From Candidatus Nanopelagicales bacterium (GTDB lineage: Bacteria; Actinomycetota; Actinomycetes; S36-B12), in assembly GCA_017857175.1 (NCBI GenBank), contig JAFMDS010000001.1:55088-119087 (forward strand): a stretch of 64,000 nucleotides of DNA, written 5' to 3'. The translations under genes and the position numbers were made by a program. Shown here piece after piece: positions 42,376 to 51,322 of this stretch; the stretch's first letter is position 1, and each line of letters begins with the position of its first letter. A model generated the notes under the pieces. The model did not search any database and was not told the DNA's origin. It saw only the letters and a program-made list of their open reading frames with translations.

Positions 42376-43794
42376 TTAGGTCAAGTATTGCGAAAGTCCA
42401 CGCTTGAGGAACTTCCCGTGCCCCTTAGCGCCGTGGTATTCGTTGTTCTCGACAACGACCTTGCCGCGTGAAATCACCGTGTCAACATGTCCATCGATGA
42501 CGGTACCTTCCCAAGCGGAATGGTCCATATTCATGTGGTGGGTCTTGTTCAGCCCGATTTCTGTGCGGCCAGCTGGGTTGTAGATGACGACATCGGCATC
42601 GGATCCAGGAGCGAGAGCGCCCTTTTGTGGATAAAGCCCGAACATGCGGGCGGGGGTTGTTGAACACAATTCCACCCAGCGCTCCAAGCTGATTTGTCCA
42701 TCGACCACTCCCTGATAGATCAGATCCATGCGGTGTTCGACTGAACCAATGCCATTGGGGATTTTTGAGAAATCTCCTACTCCAAGTTCTTTTTGCTCCT
42801 TGAAGCAGAAAGGACAATGGTCAGTGCTGATGATTGAGAGGTCATTTGTGCGCAGGTAGCGCCAAAGTTCTTGTTGGTGTCCCTCTTCTTTGGATCGCAG
42901 TGGTGTCGAGCAGACCCACTTTGCACCTTCAAAGCCTGGTTGCGAAAGGTGATCTTCGAGCGAGAGGTAGAGGTACTGGGGGCACGTCTCCCCGAATACA
43001 TTCCAGCCTTCGTCTTTAGCGCCCTGCAGAACATTGACCGCTTGTTTCGCGGACATATGAACGATGTATAGGGGCGCGCCAGTCATCCGAGCCAACATGA
43101 TCGCCCTGTTAGTTGCCTCAGCTTCTGTTTCCCAAGGACGGGTGAGGGAGTGGTACTTAGGGTCCGTTTTGCCCTCGGCCAAGGCTTGGGCAACCAGAAC
43201 ATCGATAGCTATGCCATTCTCGGCATGCATCATGATCATGGACCCGTTGTTGACGGCCGTCTGCATGGCTCGAAGGATTTGACCGTCGTCACTGTAGAAA
43301 ACACCTGGGTAGGCCATAAACAGTTTGAAGCTGGTGATGCCTTCATTGACGAGTTCGTCCATCGCTTTCAAAGAGTCATCATCGACTCCGCCAATTATTT
43401 GGTGAAAGGAGTAATCGATATGACAGTTTCCCGCCGCCTTGCCATGCCAGGTGGCGAGTCCATCTTGGACGCGCTCACCATATTTCTGAACAGCGAAGTC
43501 GATGATGGTGGTGGTACCGCCCCACGCCGCGGCGCGAGTACCAGTTTCGAACGTGTCTGATGCGAATGTGCCACCAAATGGGAGCTCCATGTGAGTGTGC
43601 GAGTCGATGCCACCGGGAATCACATACTTATTTGTGGCATCGATAACGCGGTCCACGGAGTGTTCAATCTCAGAACCGAGTGTTGTGTCGCCAGGAGCAA
43701 TCACAGCCGCAATTGTTTCCCCATCAATCAGGACATTGGCCAGTGATGTTCCCAGCGGTGTAACCACTGATCCGTTCTTGATCAAAATCTTCAT
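42376..43794 (-). CDS. hydA: Dihydropyrimidinase / D-hydantoinase
   Basis: PGGIDSHTH, AAAWGGTT, SFKLFMAY, HAENG, VHMS, ETCPQY, STDHCPF. Confidence 0.94.
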   Translation of the reverse strand: MKILIKNGSVVTPLGTSLANVLIDGETIAAVIAPGDTTLGSEIEHSVDRVIDATNKYVIPGGIDSHTHMELPFGGTFASDTFETGTRAAAWGGTTTIIDFAVQKYGERVQDGLATWHGKAAGNCHIDYSFHQIIGGVDDDSLKAMDELVNEGITSFKLFMAYPGVFYSDDGQILRAMQTAVNNGSMIMMHAENGIAIDVLVAQALAEGKTDPKYHSLTRPWETEAEATNRAIMLARMTGAPLYIVHMSAKQAVNVLQGAKDEGWNVFGETCPQYLYLSLEDHLSQPGFEGAKWVCSTPLRSKEEGHQQELWRYLRTNDLSIISTDHCPFCFKEQKELGVGDFSKIPNGIGSVEHRMDLIYQGVVDGQISLERWVELCSTTPARMFGLYPQKGALAPGSDADVVIYNPAGRTEIGLNKTHHMNMDHSAWEGTVIDGHVDTVISRGKVVVENNEYHGAKGHGKFLKRGLSQYLT

Positions 43795-43809
43795 GGTGTC
43801 TGGACCTTT

Positions 43810-44646
43810 CTATGGGCGTACGAGATCGTCGTAGGCATCGGGGCGGCGGTCACGGTAGAACTGCCAGCGGGTGCGAACCGTCGTAATGAGCTCGAGATCC
43901 AAGTCGCGCACAATGAGTTCAGGCTTATAGGCGTCACCTTTTTCGCCGACATAACTACCCTCTGGATCAATGAAATAGGACTGACCATAGAAGTCGTCAT
44001 CGCCAAGATCTTCGATTCCCACCCGGTTAATCGCCCCAACGTAATACTCGTTGGCAACGGCGGCGGCAGGTTGCTCAATTGACCACAGATATTGAGAGAG
44101 GCCACGTGAAGTTGCCGACGGATTGAACACGATTTGAGCCCCGTTCAGGCCCAATGCGCGCCAGCCTTCGGGGAAATGTCGGTCATAACAGATGTACACG
44201 CCAATTTTTCCGACCGCCGTATCAAAAACTGGGTAACCCCCGTTGCCTGGACGGAAGTAGAACTTCTCCCAAAAACCCTTGACATGTGGAATGTGCTGCT
44301 TGCGGTACTTGCCCAGATAGCTGCCATCAGCATCGACAACGGCGGCCGTGTTGTAGAGGAACCCAGGACCTGCATCCTCGTACATGGGGAGGACCATGAC
44401 CATTTCGAGTTCGCGGGCAAGTTTCTGGAATCTTTCAGTGGTGGGTCCTGGAATTGATTCAGCGTATTCGTAGAACTGAGCGTCCTGAACCTGGCAAAAG
44501 TACGGGCCATAGAAAAGTTCTTGGAAGCAAATGACTTTAACGCCCTGAGCCGCGGCTTCGCGTGCGTAGTCCTCGTGCTTCTGAATCATTGATTCTTTAT
44601 CTCCGGTCCAGTCTGTCTGGACGAGAGCCGCTCTAACTGTTGTCAT
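43810..44646 (-). CDS. Nitrilase-family N-carbamoyl amidohydrolase (beta-ureidopropionase-like)
   Basis: Triad FQELF / YRKQHIP / ICYDRHFPE, FWEKFYF; GGAGGA SD; adjacent to dihydropyrimidinase. Confidence 0.88.
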   Translation of the reverse strand: MTTVRAALVQTDWTGDKESMIQKHEDYAREAAAQGVKVICFQELFYGPYFCQVQDAQFYEYAESIPGPTTERFQKLARELEMVMVLPMYEDAGPGFLYNTAAVVDADGSYLGKYRKQHIPHVKGFWEKFYFRPGNGGYPVFDTAVGKIGVYICYDRHFPEGWRALGLNGAQIVFNPSATSRGLSQYLWSIEQPAAAVANEYYVGAINRVGIEDLGDDDFYGQSYFIDPEGSYVGEKGDAYKPELIVRDLDLELITTVRTRWQFYRDRRPDAYDDLVRP

Positions 44647-44693
44647 CTGATCCTCCATTGCCGCCCTGAATTGGCAGTTTTATTTTTACAAAC

Positions 44694-44769
44694 CTATTGA
44701 TGAAATTGTGTTATTCAATAGACTAGACGAATCCAATTGTGTTACACAGCGTTTTAACACATTCGTTAC
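44694..44769. promoter_or_regulatory. Divergent promoter region with inverted and direct repeats (candidate MocR operator)
   Basis: CTATTGA-n14-TCAATAG (44694-44721); AATTGTGTTA direct repeat at 44704 and 44735. Confidence 0.55.
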
Positions 44770-46269
44770 ATGTCGCGGGACTGGAAGCCAGTCTCAGCGC
44801 CCTACGAGGGGGTGAGATCCATGGCAATCGATTCTGTTTCACCGATGGTCGCGGCAAGGCACCAAATGGAGGATCCCCAGGAATTCGTTGCCTCGCTGCT
44901 CCACACCTCTGAAGACCGAACCGCCAAAGGCATTGCGGCCTCGGTGCACAGGTTGATCACGGCAGGAATTTTGCGCCCAGGTGACAGGCTGCCAACAGTC
45001 CGGGAAATCAGTGCCCAACTCGGGGTGAGTCCGGCAACCGTCAGTGAGGCCTGGCAGTCACTGGCCCTGGTCGGCGCCCTCACCACGAGAGGTCGCGCGG
45101 GTACCTTTGTTGCCCTCGCGACGCCCGGAACAGGACCAACTCGGTTCATGGGGCTGGGCGGTCCTCAGAGTGCGGTCGGCCTCGACCTTTCACGGGGCAC
45201 GCCTGACCCGGCACTTCTGCCATCGCTCCTCTCAGCCGTTGAAAGAGTCACCCGTGGCCAGAACGAATGGTCGAGCAGTTATTTCGATGAACCAGTGTTG
45301 GGCGCTCTGGAGGATGAATTGCGCCGAACCTGGCCATTTGCTCCTGAGCGGATCACCGTGGTCGATGGGGCCCTTGACGCGCTCTCTCGAATCATTGATC
45401 ACGTTGTTTCATTTGGTGACCGAATAGTTGTTGAATCCCCCGGATTTCCTCCGTTATTTGATCTGTTGGAGCGGGCTGGTGCACAAATGTTGGCAGTGTC
45501 CATGGACGAACAAGGAATCGTGCCTGAAGAGTTGGCCCGGGCATTGGAGTTTGATCCTGCGGCCGTTTTCATTCAACCGCGGGCCCAAAATCCCACGGGG
45601 ACAAGCATGACAACCCTTAGATCGTCCGAGTTAGCGCAAATTTTAAGTAGCTCAGCCTGTTGGATCATTGAAGATGATCACAGCGGAGACATCGCACAGG
45701 CGGACGATGTGAGTATCGGACGATACATCCCAGAGCGTTGCATTCACATTCGAAGTTACTCCAAGTCCCATGGACCTGACCTACGCATAGCTGCTCTGGG
45801 TGGCCCATCTGAAGTCATTGAAGCAATCATCAATCGAAGGATGCTCGGCCCAGGTTGGACCAGCAGGCTCCTCCAGGGAACCCTTGTCGAGTTGCTGACA
45901 CATGCAGAACCCATCGCGGCTGTGGCACACGCACGTGAGGCTTATGCCTTGCGCAGCACGCACCTGCGCGAATCGCTCATGGATCGAGGGATCGCCTGCA
46001 GTCCCGGTGATGGAATCAATGTCTTGGTCTCGGTCAATGACGAGCGCAGTGCCCTTGTAACGCTCGCAGCAGCAGGCATCAGGGTCGCACCGGGTGAACC
46101 ATTTCACCTTTCCAAAAACACAAGTTTGACGGGAAATGCACCTCGATCAGCATCGGTCCGGGTGACATCGGGAATGCTCAGTGATCATCCGGGAGAAATC
46201 GAATCCACGGCACAAAGTATCGCTATCGCGAGCCTGGGGGTTGAGGGCTTCGATGCGCATCGAAGATAA
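44770..46269 (+). CDS. MocR/GabR family regulator (GntR HTH + PLP aminotransferase-like domain); start uncertain (44770-44866)
   Basis: PGDRLPTVREISAQLGVSPATVSEAW, DLSRGTPD, AQNPTG, IIEDDH, RSYSKSHGPDLR. Confidence 0.92.
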   Translation: MSRDWKPVSAPYEGVRSMAIDSVSPMVAARHQMEDPQEFVASLLHTSEDRTAKGIAASVHRLITAGILRPGDRLPTVREISAQLGVSPATVSEAWQSLALVGALTTRGRAGTFVALATPGTGPTRFMGLGGPQSAVGLDLSRGTPDPALLPSLLSAVERVTRGQNEWSSSYFDEPVLGALEDELRRTWPFAPERITVVDGALDALSRIIDHVVSFGDRIVVESPGFPPLFDLLERAGAQMLAVSMDEQGIVPEELARALEFDPAAVFIQPRAQNPTGTSMTTLRSSELAQILSSSACWIIEDDHSGDIAQADDVSIGRYIPERCIHIRSYSKSHGPDLRIAALGGPSEVIEAIINRRMLGPGWTSRLLQGTLVELLTHAEPIAAVAHAREAYALRSTHLRESLMDRGIACSPGDGINVLVSVNDERSALVTLAAAGIRVAPGEPFHLSKNTSLTGNAPRSASVRVTSGMLSDHPGEIESTAQSIAIASLGVEGFDAHRR

Positions 46270-46365
46270 ACAGGATTCCGATATTCCGCCACGTAGCAAT
46301 CTAAGTCAAGCTAGTGCCATTTGCCTTGTGGGTCCACAACCTGCAATTATCGGTTGGTGGCCCAC

Positions 46366-47820
46366 ATGAATGAGCGTGATGTAACCCAAGGCGACTGGAA
46401 AGTCATTAACCCAGCCAATGGCTCCGTTGTTGAGACGATCCAATTAGCAGGAGTTGAGCAGGTTCATCAGGCTGTTGCCGCGGCAAGGCAGGCGTTCCCA
46501 ATGTGGTCACGAACCACACCGGGGGAGCGCAGTGCGCTTTTGTTGGCCTTGGCACGCAGACTCGAGGAGCGCTTTGAGGAATATGTACAGGTTGAGTCCA
46601 CTCAAACGGGCAAACCATTGCGGTTGTGCCGAGAATTTGATGTCCCAGGATCAATCGACAACATCTACTTTTTTGCGGGTATCGCGCGAAACTTGGAAGG
46701 TAAAGCATCCGTTGAGTGGGTGAGCAACCTCAATTCAAGTATTCGCAGGGAGCCGGTGGGCGTGATTGGCTCAATTGCGCCATGGAATTACCCACTTCAA
46801 ATGGCAGTGTGGAAAATCCTCCCAGCGATTGCGGCCGGAAACACGATAGTTCTCAAGCCTGCTGAGCTAACGCCGCTGACAGCGCTAATGCTTGTTGAGG
46901 ACTGTTTGGCAGCGGGATTCCCACCAGGCGTGGTCAACGTGGTCGTGGGCATCGGGCGAATCGTGGGAGAAGCTCTGGTGTCACATCCCGAGGTAGACAT
47001 GGTCTCGTTTACCGGGTCAACGGCAGTTGGTCGAAGGGTCATGGAACTGGCCACTGGTGGTATCAAAAGGGTTCATCTGGAACTGGGGGGAAAGGCTCCA
47101 TTCGTAGTTTTTGCCGACGCCGATCTCGATGCTGCAATCCAAGGTGCGGCGGCAGGCGCTCTCATAAACACTGGTCAAGACTGCACGGCGGCAACGCGCG
47201 CCTACGTCGACTCGAGTATTTACCCTCAATTTGTTGAGGGTGTACGCACCCTTTTCGGTTCGATTCGTGTGGGTGATCCAGGCGATCCGTCCACCGATAT
47301 TGGACCCCTCACTTCGAAAGCGCAGCAAGAGAGAGTTGTTGGGTTTGTTAACCGTGCCCGCGATGCTGGAGCCCTCATCGAGGTAGGTGGGCAAGTGACG
47401 GGTGATCCCAATGGCGCCTACTACCTGCCGACAGTGATTACCGGAGCAGATCACGACTCAGAAATCGCCTCAGAGGAAATATTTGGCCCGGTGCTCGTGG
47501 TTATTCCATTTGATGGCGATGACGAAGGTCTAGCTTTGGCAAATGACAGTCGCTACGGCCTAGCGGCTTCGGCGTGGACGACATCGGTGATTCGTTCGGA
47601 GAGGGCTCAGCGAGAACTTAACGCTGGCACCGTGTGGATCAACGATCACATTCCCATCATGAGTGAAATGCCCCATGGTGGGTTCAACGGCTCCGGGTTT
47701 GGTAAAGACATGTCCACATACTCATTGGATGAGTACACCCGCATTAAGCATGTTGCGGTGGATATCTCGGGTGACGCGCAAAAAGAGTGGCATCGAACAA
47801 TATTTTCAATCAAGGAATGA
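46366..47820 (+). CDS. Aminoaldehyde dehydrogenase, copy 2
   Basis: FFAGIAR, PWNYP, FTGS, HLELGGKAP, INTGQDCTAATR, EMPHGGF. Confidence 0.88.
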   Translation: MNERDVTQGDWKVINPANGSVVETIQLAGVEQVHQAVAAARQAFPMWSRTTPGERSALLLALARRLEERFEEYVQVESTQTGKPLRLCREFDVPGSIDNIYFFAGIARNLEGKASVEWVSNLNSSIRREPVGVIGSIAPWNYPLQMAVWKILPAIAAGNTIVLKPAELTPLTALMLVEDCLAAGFPPGVVNVVVGIGRIVGEALVSHPEVDMVSFTGSTAVGRRVMELATGGIKRVHLELGGKAPFVVFADADLDAAIQGAAAGALINTGQDCTAATRAYVDSSIYPQFVEGVRTLFGSIRVGDPGDPSTDIGPLTSKAQQERVVGFVNRARDAGALIEVGGQVTGDPNGAYYLPTVITGADHDSEIASEEIFGPVLVVIPFDGDDEGLALANDSRYGLAASAWTTSVIRSERAQRELNAGTVWINDHIPIMSEMPHGGFNGSGFGKDMSTYSLDEYTRIKHVAVDISGDAQKEWHRTIFSIKE

Positions 47821-47979
47821 AATTAGGACAGGGAAAGGTCATTTCGGGCGATAATACGGCTAGATACACGGGATGAAACACTAGGATAAGTTTTGCTCGA
47901 AGATTTGATAGAAGGTCTTCGAGGCAATGAATTTGGTGGGGAGTGACCTCGCCGCAACGTTATAAGGGAGAGGAATTTC

Positions 47980-49197
47980 ATGACAACCAAGCGCCCCGAG
48001 GCCGTCGCTGCAATAGCAGGCCAGATGCGATCAGCCGTTTCACGTCGCAGGCTCCTGCAGGTTGCAGGTATTGGTAGCGCAGCCATGGTTGCTGCAGCCT
48101 GTGGTACAGGATCGAGTGACTCAGCAGGTGGCGAAGCAAGTGCGTCAGCTGCTGAAGACATGTCCGACACCGAAAAGGTTGTTAACTGGTCCAACTGGCC
48201 GCTCTATCTTGATGTCAACGAAGATACGGGCGAGTACCCCACGCTTGCCGCATTCGAAGAGGCAACCGGCATTGATGTCACTTACACCGAAGACGTCAAT
48301 GACAACAATGAATTCTTTGCCAAGGTTCGCACTCAACTAGAGCAGGGCCAAGATATTGGTCGAGATCTCGTCGTTTTGACCGACTGGATGGCGGCTCTGT
48401 GGATTCAATCCGGATTCGCGCAAAAGTTTGACAAAGCGATGATTCCGAACTCGGGAAACATCATCCCTCGCCTCGCTGAAGTTAGTTTTGATAAGCCTCG
48501 TGAGTACACCATGCCGTGGCAATCAGGTTTTGCTGGACTGGGCTACAACGTGCCCGCATTGCAAAGCGCAATGGGTAAGGATGCGCTCACGTCATTAGAT
48601 GAGCTATTTGACCCTGCTCTCAAGGGGCGCATCACCCTTCTCTCCGAGATGCGCGACACCATGGGCTGCATCTTGGCGTGGAAAGGGTTTGACCCATCCA
48701 ACTTCACCGATGCACAGTTCGAAGAGGCAATTGCTGCCTTGACCGAGCAAGTCGACAACGGTCAGGTCCGCCAGGTGACAGGTAACGATTACATTGCCGC
48801 AATGGAAAGTGGTGACGTCATAGCAGTTATTGGTTGGTCCGGGGACGTTATCGCTCTGGGAGAGGACTTTGGTTTCTCGCTTCCAGAAAGTGGTGGAACT
48901 CTGTGGACGGACAATATGTTGATCCCAGCCTTAGCTCAGCACAAGAAGAATGCTGAGATGGTTATTAACAACTATTACGACCCGGCAGTAGCGGCTGAAG
49001 TCGCGGCCTACGTCAACTACATCTGCCCAGTTGAAGGCGCTCAAGCCGAAATGGAAAAGATCGATCCTGATCTCGCAACAGATGAATACATTTTCCCATC
49101 GAGTGCCATGCTGGATCGCGCCTATGTGTTCATGGAGTTGACACCTGAGCAAAATGAGAGTTACAGCCGACTGTTTGAAAAGGCGATCGGAAACTAA
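47980..49197 (+). CDS. potD: Polyamine ABC substrate-binding Tat-lipoprotein
   Basis: SRRRLL Tat motif, AAAC lipobox, NWSNWPLY, PWQSG, IGWSGD, WTDNM. Confidence 0.85.
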   Translation: MTTKRPEAVAAIAGQMRSAVSRRRLLQVAGIGSAAMVAAACGTGSSDSAGGEASASAAEDMSDTEKVVNWSNWPLYLDVNEDTGEYPTLAAFEEATGIDVTYTEDVNDNNEFFAKVRTQLEQGQDIGRDLVVLTDWMAALWIQSGFAQKFDKAMIPNSGNIIPRLAEVSFDKPREYTMPWQSGFAGLGYNVPALQSAMGKDALTSLDELFDPALKGRITLLSEMRDTMGCILAWKGFDPSNFTDAQFEEAIAALTEQVDNGQVRQVTGNDYIAAMESGDVIAVIGWSGDVIALGEDFGFSLPESGGTLWTDNMLIPALAQHKKNAEMVINNYYDPAVAAEVAAYVNYICPVEGAQAEMEKIDPDLATDEYIFPSSAMLDRAYVFMELTPEQNESYSRLFEKAIGN

Positions 49198-49201
49198 ACC
49201 C

Positions 49202-49242
49202 AGTGTGGGGGTCGATTAAATTCGATCCCCACACTTCTTTTT
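49202..49242 (+). terminator. Hairpin with T-tract after the binding-protein gene
   Basis: AGTGTGGGGGTCGA-ttaaat-TCGATCCCCACACT-TCTTTTT. Confidence 0.8.
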
Positions 49243-49262
49243 AAAAACAATAATTCCCCGCA

Positions 49263-50429
49263 ATGAAAGGACACATCGTGGCGAATGAGGGCACCCATAA
49301 TGTCGAGGACTTGCACCTTCAGAACCTGACCAAAAAGTTCGGTGAGGTGGCGGCTGTGGATGATCTAACCCTCACCATTCCCGCAGGATCCTTTTTCGCC
49401 CTCCTCGGCGCTTCCGGGTGCGGTAAGACCACAACACTTCGCATGGTCGCAGGTCTCGAAGAGCCGACATCGGGGTCAATTCATATCGGTCAGAACGACA
49501 TCACGAATCTTCGCGCATTTCAACGTCCGGTCAACACTGTCTTTCAGTCCTACGCACTGTTTCCGCATCTCGACATATTTGAAAACGTAGCGTTTGGCTT
49601 GCGACGCAGAAAAGTTAAAAATATTGATGCAGCGGTGAATTCCATGCTGGAACTCGTTGAACTCGCACCCATGGCTCGACGCAAGCCCACTCAACTTTCG
49701 GGTGGACAGCAGCAGCGTGTTGCCGTGGCCAGGGCTTTGATCAATCAGCCTGATGTTTTATTGCTCGATGAGCCCCTCGGTGCACTAGATCTCAAACTAC
49801 GCAGGCAAATGCAAATTGAACTCAAGCGGATCCAGACTGAAGTTGGTACCACATTTGTTCACGTGACCCACGACCAAGAAGAAGCCATGACCATGGCTGA
49901 CACCGTAGCCGTCATGAACGCTGGTCGTATCGAGCAGATGGGCCACCCCGCAGATATCTATGAACTCCCCAAGACCGTGTTCGTGGCAAATTTCTTGGGC
50001 CAGGCCAACCTGTTTGCGGGTGTGCGCACTGGGACGTCAAGTGATTCAATCGAGGTCGTTGCCAACGGCATTAATTTCCGAGTCCTTTCCGCGCGCAACT
50101 CGGCGCCCAGCGATGAAGTAATCGTTGGTATCCGTCCAGAGAAAATGACGATTCTTGATCTCCACGACAAGGAGACGATCCCGTCGGGCCACAACATGCT
50201 TGAGGGGCGGGTCATCGATGTTTCCTATGCTGGTGTGTCCACGCAATACCTGGTCGAAACGACATGGGGCCAAAATGTGACCGTTTTCGAGCAAAACGTG
50301 CTTGTGGGAGATCGAAGCAGTGTCGGTGACCCAGTGGTATTGCACTGGTCACCGGACCACACATTTGGTTTGGCTGGGGGAGAGACTGTTTTAGCTGACA
50401 CTGCACAGATCCTTGCAGTGGGCGCTTAA
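49263..50429 (+). CDS. potA: Polyamine ABC ATP-binding protein
   Basis: GASGCGKTT, RPVNTVFQSYALFPH, LSGGQQQR, TOBE-like C-terminus; start may be GTG 49278. Confidence 0.9.
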   Translation: MKGHIVANEGTHNVEDLHLQNLTKKFGEVAAVDDLTLTIPAGSFFALLGASGCGKTTTLRMVAGLEEPTSGSIHIGQNDITNLRAFQRPVNTVFQSYALFPHLDIFENVAFGLRRRKVKNIDAAVNSMLELVELAPMARRKPTQLSGGQQQRVAVARALINQPDVLLLDEPLGALDLKLRRQMQIELKRIQTEVGTTFVHVTHDQEEAMTMADTVAVMNAGRIEQMGHPADIYELPKTVFVANFLGQANLFAGVRTGTSSDSIEVVANGINFRVLSARNSAPSDEVIVGIRPEKMTILDLHDKETIPSGHNMLEGRVIDVSYAGVSTQYLVETTWGQNVTVFEQNVLVGDRSSVGDPVVLHWSPDHTFGLAGGETVLADTAQILAVGA

Positions 50430-50431
50430 CC

Positions 50432-51322
50432 ATGGCGGCAGTCCTCCCCAGCGCGGGAAAGCAATCACAAGTCTCAGCTCAGCGTAAATCCCGCACCGGT
50501 TACTTTCTGCTTCTGCCCGGCATGACGTGGCTGGCAATTTTCTTCGCCATTCCGTTTGTGACCCTTTTCATGACCAGCCTTCAGGCTCCGGTTGCAGGCA
50601 AGTCTGGGCAGTATGTTCCGGCCTTCCAAGTCAGCAACTATCCAGATGCCCTGGCAGAGTATTGGCCACAGTTTCTTCGATCATTTTTTTACGCAGGGAT
50701 TGCAACTGGTCTGGCACTCCTTATCGCATATCCACTTGCATATTTCATAGCTTTTAAAGCAGGCCGGTGGCGCGCGTTGATGTTGGTGTTGGTCATTGCG
50801 CCATCGTTCGCCTCATTTCTGCTTCGCACATATGCATGGAAAACAATTCTCTCTGATGAGGGTTTCATAACAAGTTTTTTCAATGCGCTGCATCTGCTCC
50901 CAGACGATCGAATACTCAACACATCAATTGCCGTCGTCGCGGGCCTCACCTACAACTTTTTGCCATTCATGATCCTGCCCCTGTATGCGGCACTCGAAAA
51001 GATAGACCCACGTTTACTTGAGGCGTCAAATGATCTGTATGCCTCAGCATTCACCACTTTCCGCAAAATCACCTGGCCGTTGTCCCTCCCCGGCGTGGTT
51101 GCGGGAACGTTGCTGACCTTCATACCTGCCGCAGGTGACTACATCAACTCGGAGTTATTGGGATCCACGCAAGACCGAATGATCGGTAATGTGATTCAAA
51201 CAAACTTCATTGAGTTCAGGGATTACCCAACTGCGAGTGCTCTGTCCTTTGTCCTCATGGCAGTCATTTTGGTCATGGTGTTCACCTATATCCGCCGAGC
51301 GGGAACGGAGGATCTGGTCTAA
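50432..51322 (+). CDS. potB: Polyamine ABC permease
   Basis: YPLAY, LRTYAW, YNFLPFMILPLY, EASNDLYA. Confidence 0.88.
   Translation: MAAVLPSAGKQSQVSAQRKSRTGYFLLLPGMTWLAIFFAIPFVTLFMTSLQAPVAGKSGQYVPAFQVSNYPDALAEYWPQFLRSFFYAGIATGLALLIAYPLAYFIAFKAGRWRALMLVLVIAPSFASFLLRTYAWKTILSDEGFITSFFNALHLLPDDRILNTSIAVVAGLTYNFLPFMILPLYAALEKIDPRLLEASNDLYASAFTTFRKITWPLSLPGVVAGTLLTFIPAAGDYINSELLGSTQDRMIGNVIQTNFIEFRDYPTASALSFVLMAVILVMVFTYIRRAGTEDLV

Noticed and set aside
43810..44646. Nitrilase as N-carbamoylputrescine amidase (AguB)
   Set aside because: No agmatine deiminase in the window; it directly precedes dihydropyrimidinase, so ureidopropionase is more parsimonious
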